Shown piece by piece: positions 1 to 9,556 of a stretch of 53,484 nt of DNA. Source of the DNA: Acidobacteriota bacterium (GTDB lineage: Bacteria; Acidobacteriota; Aminicenantia; UBA2199); the NCBI GenBank assembly GCA_025456175.1, contig JALOLC010000008.1, positions 1 through 53,484 of the forward strand. The letters are read 5' to 3'. The position numbers and the translations under genes were made by a program. Positions within the stretch are counted from its first letter, which is position 1; each line of letters starts with the position of its first letter. The notes below the pieces were generated by a model. The model saw only the letters and a list, made by a program, of their open reading frames with translations. It was not told the origin of the DNA and made no database searches.

Positions 1-2
1 GC

Positions 3-791
3 GGCGAATTCGAGGTCGGCCCCACCTTCGTTAACCATATGCCGGGCGGGCAGTTGCCGCCCATGCTGAAATTCCCCCGCCTGGAGGTCAGCGGCATCGA
101 CCTGGCGCCCAACACCGAGGGCTTTGGCATCGTATTCAACTACAAGAACGTCGGCAACGGCGTCTTGCCCAAGGCCTCTGAAGCGCCGCTGAAGCCGAGT
201 TACCGTGTGCTCATCGACGGCAAGGAGACGGCGAGCGGCAATCTGTTCATCCCCGCCTTCGCCGCCCCGCCCGGCTGGGAGCAAAAGGGCTATTTCGGCG
301 GCTGGATCGTCCTGCCGAATGTTTATACCATAAACCCAGACTGGTTCATCGGAAACACGATTGTTGTCCACATCAACGAAAACAGGGCATTGGGGATGGA
401 TAGCCACTCCCTCGCCCTGCCGCTGAAGCCCATCGCCCTGAAGTATAAATTCGACCTGGTGCGGAACGGGATATCGCTCGATTGGAGCAAGCAGGTGCTG
501 ACGGTATACCTGCGGTTGGATGGCAATGTACCTTCCGGGAGGGAGTTGTTGGTCTATTGCGGGCGACATGCGACCGACGACGGCTACTTCCTTTCCCGGC
601 AGCCCGCCAAGCCAGGAACGTACGTGGTCAGCAAAAAAGTCGATTTTCCCTCGTATTACAATAAGGTGACCTTGTACCTGAATTCCTTCGTCACCCTTCC
701 GAGTGCGGAAAGAGCAGAGGACATGGACTACCGCAACCACTACACGATCAAGCTGGAATTCACGCGCCCCGATCCCAATCCGGTCATGTAG
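3..791 (+). CDS. hypothetical protein, 5' end cut by window edge
   Basis: The frame is open and GC3-rich from nt 3 (GEFEVGPTFVNH precedes the first ATG at 39). Stop TAG at 789-791. No motif recognised. Confidence 0.5.
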   Translation, partial: GEFEVGPTFVNHMPGGQLPPMLKFPRLEVSGIDLAPNTEGFGIVFNYKNVGNGVLPKASEAPLKPSYRVLIDGKETASGNLFIPAFAAPPGWEQKGYFGGWIVLPNVYTINPDWFIGNTIVVHINENRALGMDSHSLALPLKPIALKYKFDLVRNGISLDWSKQVLTVYLRLDGNVPSGRELLVYCGRHATDDGYFLSRQPAKPGTYVVSKKVDFPSYYNKVTLYLNSFVTLPSAERAEDMDYRNHYTIKLEFTRPDPNPVM

Positions 792-799
792 GAACACGG

Positions 800-826
800 A
801 GGATCGCCGCCGATCTTCTGCTTTTT
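800..826 (+). terminator. possible intrinsic terminator after first gene
   Basis: AGGATCG (800-806) pairs with CGATCTT (811-817) as a 7-bp stem including one G.U. It is followed by CTGCTTTTT. Confidence 0.3.
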
Positions 827-895
827 GACCGGCGCCGTGTCGCCGAGAGCGGCACGCCTCGCGCGCCCCTTATGCCCAGACAAGGAGACCCCGCG

Positions 896-1483
896 ATGAG
901 TGGTGAGAAGCACGCCCATCCGGCCGCAGAGCCGCTGCCCGGCCGCGTCCTGGAACAGACCGGCGTCGACGTCGCCCGCTGCTACCAGTGCGGCAAGTGC
1001 TCGGCCGGCTGCCCCCTGGCCGCGGAAATGGATTACCCTCCCAGCCAGATCATGCACCTGCTGCAGCTGGCAGGAGAGTTCCCCGAGTTCGCCGAGATGG
1101 CCCTGCGCTCGCACACCGCCTGGCTATGCCTGACCTGCGAGATCTGCTACTGCCGCTGCCCCATGGAACTCGACATCCCCAAGGTGATGGACGCCCTGCG
1201 CCACGAGGCGCTGCGGAAAAAAAAGGTCAACCCCAAGGCCAAGGACATCCTGGCCTTCCACCGCGCCTTTCTCGACTCGGTGAAACATACCGGCCGGCTT
1301 TTCGAGATGGGGCAGGTGGTCGACTACAAGCTGCGCAGCGGCCACTTCCTGCAGGACCTGCTGCAGGCGCCGTGGATGTTCCTGGTCGGCAAGCTGCACC
1401 TGTTGCCCGAACGCGTCCGCGACCGGCGCCAGCTGAAGCGGATATTCGCCAGAACCCTGAAGGCCAGGGAGAACCGCCCATGA
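896..1483 (+). CDS. hdrC: heterodisulfide reductase subunit C (HdrC)
   Basis: Two CX2CX2CX3CP motifs (CYQCGKCSAGCP, CLTCEICYCRCP). AAGGAG lies 8 nt before ATG 896. The stop overlaps the hdrB start (ATGA). Confidence 0.85.
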   Translation: MSGEKHAHPAAEPLPGRVLEQTGVDVARCYQCGKCSAGCPLAAEMDYPPSQIMHLLQLAGEFPEFAEMALRSHTAWLCLTCEICYCRCPMELDIPKVMDALRHEALRKKKVNPKAKDILAFHRAFLDSVKHTGRLFEMGQVVDYKLRSGHFLQDLLQAPWMFLVGKLHLLPERVRDRRQLKRIFARTLKARENRP

Positions 1484-2364
1484 AGACGGGTTTCTATCCC
1501 GGCTGCTCGATGAAGGGCTCGGCCCGCGAGTACAGTGAATCGCTCCTGGCCGTGGCCAGGGTGCTGGGCCGCGAGCTGCCCGAGGTCCCCGACTGGAACT
1601 GCTGCGGCGCCACCGCCGCCCACAACCTCGACCATGACCTGGCGCTGGCCCTGCCGGCGCGCATCCTGGCCGCCGCCGAAAAGAAGGGCATGGACGAGGT
1701 GCTGGTCCCCTGCGCCGCCTGCTACAGCCGCCTCAAGGTCACGCGCCATGAGCTGCTGGAGGACGAAAAACTAAGGCAACGGATATCGGGCTTGGTCGAA
1801 GCCGACTACCGCGGCTCGGCGAAGGTGGTGAACATCATCGAGTGGCTCGCCGCCGTCCCTGACCTGGAGAAGCTGGTAAAAAAACCCTTCCAGCGCAAGG
1901 TGGCCTGCTATTACGGCTGCCTGCTGGTGCGGCCGGCCGGCATCGTGGAATTCGACCGCCCCGAGGAGCCGCAGTCGATGGACCTGCTGATGGCGAAGCT
2001 CGGTGCCAAGCCCATCGACTGGGCCTTCAAGACCGAGTGCTGCGGCGCCGGCTTCTCGGTCTCGCGCACCGACCTGGTGGCCAAGCTGAGCGGCCTCATC
2101 CTCGAGGACGCCGTCTCGCGGGGCGCCGAGGCGGTCATCGTCGCCTGTCCCATGTGCCATCTCAACCTCGACCTGCGCCGGCCCAACATCGAGAAGCGAG
2201 CCGGAAAGAAATACGATATCCCGGTCATCTACATCACCCAGGTACTCGGCCTGGCCATGGGGCTGCCTCCGAAGAAACTGGGCCTGCAACGGCACAAGGT
2301 TGCAGTGAAATTCGCCCCGGCTGAATCCCCCGTGCCGGGGGTTTCAGCCAAGAGAGGGGCGTAA
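1480..2364 (+). CDS. hdrB: heterodisulfide reductase subunit B (HdrB)
   Basis: Two CCG-domain signatures (WNCCGATAAH, TECCGAGF). I start it at MKTGFYPGC. The upstream part of track ORF 988..2364 is an out-of-phase overlap with hdrC. Confidence 0.85.
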   Translation: MKTGFYPGCSMKGSAREYSESLLAVARVLGRELPEVPDWNCCGATAAHNLDHDLALALPARILAAAEKKGMDEVLVPCAACYSRLKVTRHELLEDEKLRQRISGLVEADYRGSAKVVNIIEWLAAVPDLEKLVKKPFQRKVACYYGCLLVRPAGIVEFDRPEEPQSMDLLMAKLGAKPIDWAFKTECCGAGFSVSRTDLVAKLSGLILEDAVSRGAEAVIVACPMCHLNLDLRRPNIEKRAGKKYDIPVIYITQVLGLAMGLPPKKLGLQRHKVAVKFAPAESPVPGVSAKRGA

Positions 2365-2365
2365 C

Positions 2366-4305
2366 ATGGCGCGCATCGGCGTATTTATCTGCCACTGCGG
2401 CGAGAACATCAGCGCCACCGTCGACGTCGTGAAAGTCGCTGCCGAGGCGGCCCGGATCCCGGGAGTGGCCCACAGCGTCGAGTACAAGTACATGTGCTCC
2501 GACCCCGGCCAGCAGCTGGTCAAGAACGCCATCAAAGAAAAGAACCTGACCGGCGTGGTGGTGGCCGCCTGCTCGCCGCGCATGCACGAGCCCACCTTCC
2601 GCCGCGCCTGCGCCGAGGCGGGGTTGAACCCCTTCCTCTGCGAGATGGCCAACATCCGCGAACACTGCTCCTGGGTGCACGAGAAGGGCGAAGCCACGAC
2701 GCAGAAGGCCCTGGACATCGTGCGCACCCTGGTGGCCAAGGTGAAGAAGAACAAGGCGCTCGAGCCCATCAAGGTGCCGGTGACCAAGACCGCGCTGGTC
2801 CTGGGCGGCGGCATCGCCGGCATCCAGGCCGCCCTGGACATCGCCAACTCGGGGCACAAGGTGATCCTGGTGGAGCAGGCGCCGTCGATCGGCGGCCACA
2901 TGTCGCAGCTATCGGAGACGTTCCCCACCCTCGACTGCTCGCAGTGCATCCTGACGCCGCGCATGGTCGAGGTGGCCCAGCACCCCAACATCACCCTCCA
3001 TTCTTATTCCGAGCTGGAGAGCCTGGACGGCTTCATCGGCAACTTCAAGGCGCGCATCCGCCGCAAGGCGCGCGGCCTCGACGAGAAGCTGTGCACCGGC
3101 TGCGGCCTGTGCATGCAGAAGTGTCCGACGAGGAAGATCCCCAGCGAATTCGACGCCGGGCTGGGCCTGCGTCCGGCCATCTACGTCCCGTTCCCCCAGG
3201 CGGTGCCCAACAAGCCGGTCATCGACCGCGAGCACTGCACCTATTACCGGACGGGGAAGTGCCGCCTCTGCGAGAAAGTCTGTCCCACCCAGGCCATCCG
3301 CTTCGGCCAGGAGGACGAGATCGTCGAGGCCGAGGTCGGCGCCGTGGTCGTGGCCACCGGCTTCGACATCAAGCACGGCGACTTCTTCCCCGAGTACGGC
3401 TACGGCAAGCACCAGGACGTCATCGACGGCCTGCAGTTCGAGCGGCTGGCCTCGGCCTCGGGGCCGACCCTGGGCGAGATCAGGCGGCCGTCGGACGGCA
3501 AGGTGCCCGAGACGGTGGTCTTCATCGCCTGCGCCGGCTCGCGCGACCCAGCCAAGGGCATCGAGTACTGCTCCAAGATCTGCTGCATGTACACAGCCAA
3601 GCACGCCATGCTCTACCGCCACAAGGTGCACCATGGCAAGCCCTATGTCTTCTACATGGACATCCGCGCCGGCGGCAAGATGTACGAGGAGTTCGTGCGC
3701 CGGGCCATGGAGGAGGACGGAGTGCAGTACGTGCGCGGCCGCGTCTCGCGCGTCTACGAGCGCAACGGCAGGCTGGTGGTCAAGGGCGTCGACACCCTGC
3801 TCGGCGCCCGGCCGCTGGAGATCGAGGCCGACCTGGTGGTGCTGGCCACCGCCGGCGTCGCCAACGCCGGCGCCGAGGAACTGGCCCAGAAGCTGCACGT
3901 CAGCTATGATGCCCACAAGTTCTACGCCGAAGCCCACCCCAAGCTGCGGCCGGTGGAGACCAACACCGCCGGCATCTTCCTGGCCGGCGCCTGCCAGGCG
4001 CCCAAGGACATCCCCGAGTCGGTGGCCCAGTCGACCGCCAGGCGCCGCCGGTTTATTCTTCCTGCGTCGGCTGCTTCCTCTGCCAGAGCGCCTGCCCCTA
4101 CCAGGCCATCGAGAAGGAGGAGTTCCGCGGCCGCGACGGGCAGGTGGTCAAGACCGTGGCCAAGGTCAACCCGGGCCTGTGCCAGGGCTGCGGCACCTGC
4201 GTGGCCTTCTGCCGCACCAAATCGATCGACATCCAGGGCTTCTCCCACGCGCAGGTCCATGCCGAGGTTCTGGCCCTGCTGGAACGAGGTGAACGCGATG
4301 GCTGA
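2366..4305 (+). CDS. hdrA: heterodisulfide reductase subunit A (HdrA), reading frame broken by -1 near 4040-4062
   Basis: CHCGENI motif, GGGIAGIQAALD FAD fold and inserted ferredoxin motifs (CTGCGLCMQKCP, CRLCEKVCP) are all present. The C-terminal 2x[4Fe-4S] domain (CVGCFLCQSACP...CQGCGTCVAFC) is readable only in the frame of nt 4063, ending at TGA 4303-4305. Length 1940 nt is 647 codons minus 1 nt. Confidence 0.8.
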
Positions 4306-4732
4306 TTTCAATCCCAAGATCGTGGCCTTCGTCTGCAACTGGTGCACCTACGCCGGCGCCGACCTCACCGGAACCAGCCGCATGAAGTACGCGCCGCAGG
4401 TCTCCATCGTCCGCTTCCCCTGCACCGGCCGCATCGATTTCATGCTGCTGCTCAAGGCCTTCGCCGGCGGCGCCGACGGCATCATCGTCTCGGGCTGCCA
4501 TCCCAACGACTGTCACTACAGCAGCGGCAACTTTCACGCCCGCCGGCGCTGGGTCGTCTTCCGCGGCCTCATGGACTTCCTGGGCATCGACGTGCGCCGC
4601 GTGCAATTCTCCTGGGTCTCGGCCGCCGAGGGGGCCAAGTGGGCCCAGCTGGTCAATGAGACCACCGATCGCATCCGCCGGCTCGGGCCGTTTGCCGATT
4701 ACCAGCGCCTGCGCGGCCAGGGCGTGGGCTAG
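4298..4732 (+). CDS. mvhD: MvhD/FlxD-like methyl-viologen-reducing hydrogenase delta subunit family protein
   Basis: MADFNPKIVAFVCNWCTY...FPCTGR...SGCHPNDCHY is the MvhD/FlpD pattern. Its ATG overlaps the frame-corrected hdrA stop (ATGGCTGA). Confidence 0.8.
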   Translation: MADFNPKIVAFVCNWCTYAGADLTGTSRMKYAPQVSIVRFPCTGRIDFMLLLKAFAGGADGIIVSGCHPNDCHYSSGNFHARRRWVVFRGLMDFLGIDVRRVQFSWVSAAEGAKWAQLVNETTDRIRRLGPFADYQRLRGQGVG

Positions 4733-4741
4733 GAGGCCGGA

Positions 4742-5542
4742 ATGCAGGCATTGCGGAGCAAGGCGCGCGAGCTGCTGGCAACGAAAACGGTCCAGGTGAT
4801 CATCGGCTACGCCAGCGGGGGCGGAGGCAGGGCGCGGGCGGTTTTCGTCCGCGAGGCCGCCAAGGCCGATGCCTTGGTCTTTGACGACTCCTGCCAGCAG
4901 AATCTGGCGGTGTATTTTTCGAAGCCCGAGGTGCGCAAGTTGGGCAAGGCGGCTCTGGTCGCCACCCCCGCCGCCTTGCGCGCCATCCTGCAGCTGGCGG
5001 CGGAGAACCAGATCGCCGAGGGCGAGCTGCTGGCCCTGGCCGTAGGCGGGGACGATGTCGTGCCGCTGGCGACGTTCGCCGCCATCGAGGCGCACGTGGC
5101 CGCCCGGGACGGCGATTGGAGCGCCGCCGAGAAGGAGGAGCTCCAAAAGTATGAAGCCATGGGCCTGGAGGAGCGCCGGCGCTTCTGGGAGGAGCAGTTC
5201 TCCCGCTGCCTCAAGTGCTACGCCTGCCGCGCCGCCTGCCCCCTGTGCTACTGCACGCGCTGCACGGTCGAGTGCAACCAGCCGCAGTGGATCCCGGTGC
5301 CGGCCCACGACCTGGGCAACCTGGAGTGGAACGTCATGCGCGCCATGCACCTGGCCGGCCGCTGCGTCGACTGCGGCGACTGCGGCCGCGCCTGCCCGGT
5401 GAACATCCCGCTGCACCTGCTGAACCGCAGGCTGATCCGCGAGGTCTTCACCGTTTTCGGCTCCCGCAGCGGCAGGTCCGCGAAAGGGGACAACGCCCTG
5501 TCGACGTTCAAGCCCAACGATCCCGAGGACTTCATCCAATGA
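4742..5542 (+). CDS. 4Fe-4S cluster protein (FlxC-like by position)
   Basis: Cys motifs CLKCYACRAACPLCYC and CVDCGDCGRACP. AGGAGG lies before the ATG. Confidence 0.65.
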   Translation: MQALRSKARELLATKTVQVIIGYASGGGGRARAVFVREAAKADALVFDDSCQQNLAVYFSKPEVRKLGKAALVATPAALRAILQLAAENQIAEGELLALAVGGDDVVPLATFAAIEAHVAARDGDWSAAEKEELQKYEAMGLEERRRFWEEQFSRCLKCYACRAACPLCYCTRCTVECNQPQWIPVPAHDLGNLEWNVMRAMHLAGRCVDCGDCGRACPVNIPLHLLNRRLIREVFTVFGSRSGRSAKGDNALSTFKPNDPEDFIQ

Positions 5543-6561
5543 ATTCCATGGAAAAGGATACCCGCTTGATCGGCCGCGAGGCCCTGGCCAAACTTTTTGC
5601 CCAATGGCTCGGCGAGGGCCGGCGCATCCTGGCGCCGAAACAGAGCAACGACAAGGTCGACTTCGCCGAGGTCGAGACGCCCGGCGAGGTCAGCCTCGAT
5701 CCGGTGCAGACCGGGCAATCGCCCAAAGGCGCCTTGTTCCCCCGGGTGGAGGAGCTCTTTTCGTTTCCAAGCCGGGACGGTCGGGTGGAACTGCGCGAGC
5801 GCGACCTGGCCGCCCTGAAGCCGACGGTGGTCTTCGGCCTCAGGCCCTGCGACGCCGCCGCCCTGGCCGCCCTGGCCGCCATCTTCAATTGGGATTCCGC
5901 TGACGCCCTGTTCTCGGCCCGCCTGGCCGCGCTGACCACTGTCGGCGTCGCCTGCAACCGCTGCGACGAATACTGCTTCTGTACCTCGCTGGGTGGCGGC
6001 CCCGGGGCCACCACCGGGAGCGATATCCTGCTGACCGACATGGGCGGCGGGGAATACCTGGCCGAAGTCATCAGCGAGAAGGGCCGGCAGGCGATCCAGG
6101 GCGCCGGGACTCTATTCCAGCCCGCGCTGGGTAAGGACAAGGAGAGCCGCCTGGCCAGGGTGGAGAAGGCATTCGACCTGGACAAGGTCAAGCCGGCCCT
6201 GGAAGCCTTGTTTGACGATGAGGCCTTCTGGGTGGAGCAGTCGCTGCGCTGCCTGGGCTGCGGCGCCTGCGCCTACGTCTGCCCCACCTGCGCCTGCTTC
6301 GACATCCAGGACGAGAATGGCCGGCGGCTGCGCTGCTGGGACTCCTGCGGCTTTGGGCTTTTCACCCTGCACACCTCGGGCCACAACCCGCGGCCGCTGC
6401 AGAGCCAGCGCTGGCGCCAGCGGCTGATGCACAAGTTTTCCTACATGCCCGAACGCCAGAGCGTTCTGGGCTGCGTGGGCTGCGGCCGCTGCTCGCGCGC
6501 CTGCCCGGTGGACATGAACATCCTCGAGCACCTGCGGGCCGTCGCGGAGGCGAAACCATGA
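5539..6561 (+). CDS. 4Fe-4S dicluster protein, sulfhydrogenase-beta/AsrA-like (FlxB-like)
   Basis: CLGCGACAYVCPTCAC and CVGCGRCSRACP. The start at MNSMEKD overlaps the upstream stop (ATGA). Confidence 0.7.
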   Translation: MNSMEKDTRLIGREALAKLFAQWLGEGRRILAPKQSNDKVDFAEVETPGEVSLDPVQTGQSPKGALFPRVEELFSFPSRDGRVELRERDLAALKPTVVFGLRPCDAAALAALAAIFNWDSADALFSARLAALTTVGVACNRCDEYCFCTSLGGGPGATTGSDILLTDMGGGEYLAEVISEKGRQAIQGAGTLFQPALGKDKESRLARVEKAFDLDKVKPALEALFDDEAFWVEQSLRCLGCGACAYVCPTCACFDIQDENGRRLRCWDSCGFGLFTLHTSGHNPRPLQSQRWRQRLMHKFSYMPERQSVLGCVGCGRCSRACPVDMNILEHLRAVAEAKP

Positions 6562-7397
6562 CGACAGCCGATGTCTTCAAGCCCTTCCTGATGCGCATCG
6601 ACAAGGTGACCGAGGAGACTCCCGATGTCCGCACCCTGCGCCTGGCGTTCCAGGATGAGCGGGAGGGCAGGGGATTCACCTTCCGCACCGGCCAATTCGG
6701 CGAGTACTCGGTGTTCGGCGAGGGGGAGTGCACCTTCTGCATCGCCTCGCCGCCCACGCGCCAGGGGTACATCGAGTGCACCTTCCGCAAGGCCGGCCGG
6801 GTGACGGGCGCCCTGGCCGACCTGGAGGCCGGCGAAACCATCGGCTTCCGCGGCCCCTACGGCAACGTCTTCCCCATCGACGAGTGGGAGAAAAAGAGCC
6901 TGCTGTTCATCGCCGGGGGCATCGCCCTGCCGCCCATGCGCAGCGTCATCTGGAACGTGCTGGACCTGCGCGACCGCTACCGGGACATCACCATCGTCTA
7001 CGGCGCGCGCACGGTCGCCGACCTGGTCTACAAATCCGAGCTGGCCGAATGGGAGAAGCGACCCGACGTCCGCCTGGTCGCCACCGTCGATCCGGGCGGC
7101 CAGACTCCCGACTGGAAGGGCGAGATCGGCTTCGTGCCGGCCGTGCTGGACAAGCTGGCCCCCGCCAGCCGCGATACGGTGGCTGTCGTCTGCGGCCCGC
7201 CGGTGATGATCAAGTTCACCTTCCCGGTGCTGGCCCGACTGGGCTTCGCCCCGGAGAAGATCTTCACCACCCTCGAGAACCGCATGAAGTGCGGTGTGGG
7301 GAAATGCGGCCGCTGCAACGTCGGCAAGCACTTCGTCTGCAAGGACGGGCCGGTGTTCACCTTCGCCCAGCTGCAGGAAATGCCGCAGGAGTACTGA
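6558..7397 (+). CDS. FAD/NAD(P)-binding oxidoreductase with C-terminal 2Fe-2S, sulfhydrogenase-gamma/AsrB-like (FlxA-like)
   Basis: FRTGQFGEY, FRGPYG and LLFIAGGIALPPMRS match a ferredoxin-reductase-type fold. C-terminal CGVGKCGRCNVGKHFVC. ATGA overlap with the upstream gene. Confidence 0.75.
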   Translation: MTTADVFKPFLMRIDKVTEETPDVRTLRLAFQDEREGRGFTFRTGQFGEYSVFGEGECTFCIASPPTRQGYIECTFRKAGRVTGALADLEAGETIGFRGPYGNVFPIDEWEKKSLLFIAGGIALPPMRSVIWNVLDLRDRYRDITIVYGARTVADLVYKSELAEWEKRPDVRLVATVDPGGQTPDWKGEIGFVPAVLDKLAPASRDTVAVVCGPPVMIKFTFPVLARLGFAPEKIFTTLENRMKCGVGKCGRCNVGKHFVCKDGPVFTFAQLQEMPQEY

Positions 7398-7452
7398 CGG
7401 CCGGCGCCGGCTGCGGGGAGGGAACGATGACGGCGAATGCCCAGGAGGCACG

Positions 7453-8823
7453 GTGAGGGCGACGCTGCCTCTGCGCCGCTTCCTGGCGCGCACGCTGACC
7501 CCGGCGCGCAGCTTCGTCATCAGCTTCCTGCTGGTCATTCTCGCCGGCACCGCGTTGCTGTTCCTGCCTGCCGCCGCGAGCCGCCAGCCGCTCGGCTTCG
7601 TCGATGCCCTGTTCACCTCGGCATCCGCCGTCTGCGTCACAGGGCTCACCGTGGTCGACGTGGGCCGCGACCTCTCCCTTTTCGGCCAGATCGTCACCCT
7701 CCTGTTGTTCCAGATCGGCGGCCTGGGCATCATCACCTTCTCGCTGGTGTTTTTCGGACAAATGGGGCGCAGCCTCTCGTTCCGCGGCCGCGAACTGCTG
7801 CAGAGCACCTTTCTGCATACGCCGCGGCGCGACTTCTTCCGTATCCTGCGCTTCGTGGTCGCCGGTACTTTTGCCATCGAGGCCATTGGCACCCTGTTGC
7901 TGTTCATCCGTTTCCTTGCCGATTTTCCTCCCGGGCAGGCTTTCCATCGCGCAATCTACCACGCGGTGTCGGCTTTCAACAACTGTGGCTACTCGCTTTT
8001 TTCGAACAGCCTGGCGAATTACCGCGATGACTGGATGGTCAACCTGGTGAACATCGTCCTGATTGTGACGGGCGGCTTGGGATTCATCGTCATATACGAA
8101 TTGCGCAATCGCTGGCGGGGCCGGCAGAAGCGCCTGTCGTTGCATGCCAAGGTGGTGATTTTGACCACCGCGGCGCTGATCGTCGGCGGCGCCCTTTTGT
8201 TTTATTTTTTCGAGTCCAACAACGTCCTGAAGGACACCGGCGGCTCGGGCCGGTTTCTGGCTTCACTGTTCCAGTCGGTCACGGCGCGCACCTGCGGCTT
8301 CAGCACCGTGGATGTCGCCGCCCTGACCAATGCCACCCTCCTGGTGCTGATGACGCTGATGTTCATCGGTGCCTCGCCGGGATCGACCGGGGGCGGCGTC
8401 AAGACCTCCAGCTTCGCCCTGCTGATGCTCATGATCTTCAACCGCCTGCGGGGACGCGACGGCGTGACCATCTTCAACCGCACCGTGCCGGCGGAGATCC
8501 TGGTGCGCACCGTCGCCATCGTCATCGCCTCGGCCTTGTCGGTGCTGGTCATCGCCTCGGTGCTGCTGCTGGCCGCCGGACACCCGGGGACCGACTTGCA
8601 GTCCAGCCGCGGCCTGTTCGTTGAATACGTTTTCGAAACGCTGTCGGCTTTCGGCACCGTCGGTCTGTCCATGAACGTCACGCCCGGACTCAACGACATC
8701 CAGAAGCTGGCCCTCACCCTGCTGATGTTCATCGGCCGGGTCGGGCCGCTCACCATGGCCTACGCCTGGTCATCGTCGAAGCGAGGATTGGTTTACGCCG
8801 AGGAAGCGGTGATGGTCGGTTAG
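7453..8823 (+). CDS. ktrB: TrkH/KtrB family K+ transporter membrane subunit
   Basis: Multi-TM protein with SPGSTGGGVKT and GLGIITFS filter-like loops. GTG 7453 lies 4 nt after AGGAGG (7443-7448). The track start at 7294 overlaps the previous gene. Confidence 0.8.
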   Translation: MRATLPLRRFLARTLTPARSFVISFLLVILAGTALLFLPAAASRQPLGFVDALFTSASAVCVTGLTVVDVGRDLSLFGQIVTLLLFQIGGLGIITFSLVFFGQMGRSLSFRGRELLQSTFLHTPRRDFFRILRFVVAGTFAIEAIGTLLLFIRFLADFPPGQAFHRAIYHAVSAFNNCGYSLFSNSLANYRDDWMVNLVNIVLIVTGGLGFIVIYELRNRWRGRQKRLSLHAKVVILTTAALIVGGALLFYFFESNNVLKDTGGSGRFLASLFQSVTARTCGFSTVDVAALTNATLLVLMTLMFIGASPGSTGGGVKTSSFALLMLMIFNRLRGRDGVTIFNRTVPAEILVRTVAIVIASALSVLVIASVLLLAAGHPGTDLQSSRGLFVEYVFETLSAFGTVGLSMNVTPGLNDIQKLALTLLMFIGRVGPLTMAYAWSSSKRGLVYAEEAVMVG

Positions 8824-8832
8824 GGAGGAAGC

Positions 8833-9480
8833 ATGAAACGCTGCGTTGTCATCGGTTTGGGAATTTTCGGAAACAACATCGTGCGCGAACTGGCCGACAA
8901 GGGCTTCGATGTCATCGCTGTCGACAAAAACAAGGAGGCCGTGCAGCAGGTCCGCGATTTGGCCAGCAAGGCCATCGTCGCCGACGGCACCGACAGGGGG
9001 ATCATGGACCAGATCGGCATCCACGAGGACGATACGGTCATCATCTCCTTCGGCGAGGACCTGGCCGCGGCCACCCTGATCACCCTGCACCTCAAACAGA
9101 TGGGGGTCAAGTCGATCATCGTCAAGGCCCCCAATGAGGAGCACCAGGTGATCCTGGAAAAGGTCGGCGCCACCGATGTGATCATCCCCGAAAAGGAGAT
9201 CGCCATCAAGGTGGCGCGCAGCCTCATCTCGCCGAACGTCTTCGACTACCTGCCGCTTTCCGAAAACTACATGATAACCGAGATGGCGCCGCCCGAGAGC
9301 TTCCTGGGCAAGAGCATTGCCGATTTGCAGCTGCGTTCTCAATACAACGTCATGGTCATCGCCATCAAGGACATTCTGACCGACAAGGTCTTTACCCTGC
9401 CGCCGGCCAACTTCATAGTCAAGGATGGCCAGGTGATGGTCGTGGTAGGCAAAGTGGACGACATCGAAAAGATCCGCTGA
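8833..9480 (+). CDS. ktrA: TrkA/KtrA RCK-domain K+ uptake regulatory subunit
   Basis: VIGLGIFGNNIVRELADKG Rossmann GxGxxG motif. 215 aa is KtrA size. GGGAGGA RBS. Confidence 0.8.
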   Translation: MKRCVVIGLGIFGNNIVRELADKGFDVIAVDKNKEAVQQVRDLASKAIVADGTDRGIMDQIGIHEDDTVIISFGEDLAAATLITLHLKQMGVKSIIVKAPNEEHQVILEKVGATDVIIPEKEIAIKVARSLISPNVFDYLPLSENYMITEMAPPESFLGKSIADLQLRSQYNVMVIAIKDILTDKVFTLPPANFIVKDGQVMVVVGKVDDIEKIR

Positions 9481-9530
9481 GCACGGCCACTTCGCCGCGC
9501 GTGGGGCTGTTTTTTTGCCTCGAATTGCTG

Positions 9531-9536
9531 TATAAT
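9531..9536 (+). promoter_or_regulatory. candidate -10 box (TATAAT, preceded by TG) for the EIIA gene
   Basis: gcTGTATAATaaag lies 20 nt upstream of ATG 9557. No convincing -35. Confidence 0.3.
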
Positions 9537-9556
9537 AAAGCCTACAAAGGAACCCG

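Noticed and set aside
988-2364. The 458-aa version of hdrB, and similar N-terminal extensions (5215..6561, 7294..8823, 18573..21404, 38749..40329, 41467..43761, 47051..47845, 48896..50776).
   Set aside because: The extensions overlap the preceding gene out of frame or run through mapped promoters. They are junk-like in composition. Internal starts with an SD or leaderless promoter give canonical N-termini or signal peptides.
4022-4065. Programmed -1 ribosomal frameshifting in hdrA (and in the GT2 gene at 48795-48815).
   Set aside because: No X XXY YYZ slippery heptamer and no obvious downstream stimulatory structure occurs at either site. Both cases fit a single missing nucleotide.
2366-4732. 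A genuine HdrA-MvhD fusion protein (788 aa), as implied by the ORF track.
   Set aside because: HdrA-MvhD fusions do exist in nature. Here, however, the 85-residue linker in that frame is junk-like. The canonical double-ferredoxin C-terminus of HdrA, with its own stop, is encoded in another frame, and mvhD has its own ATG overlapping that stop.
9481-9520. An intrinsic terminator after ktrA (GC-rich segment followed by TTTTTTT).
   Set aside because: I can only draw a 4-bp stem (CCAC/GTGG), which is too weak to call even though the T-run is suggestive.
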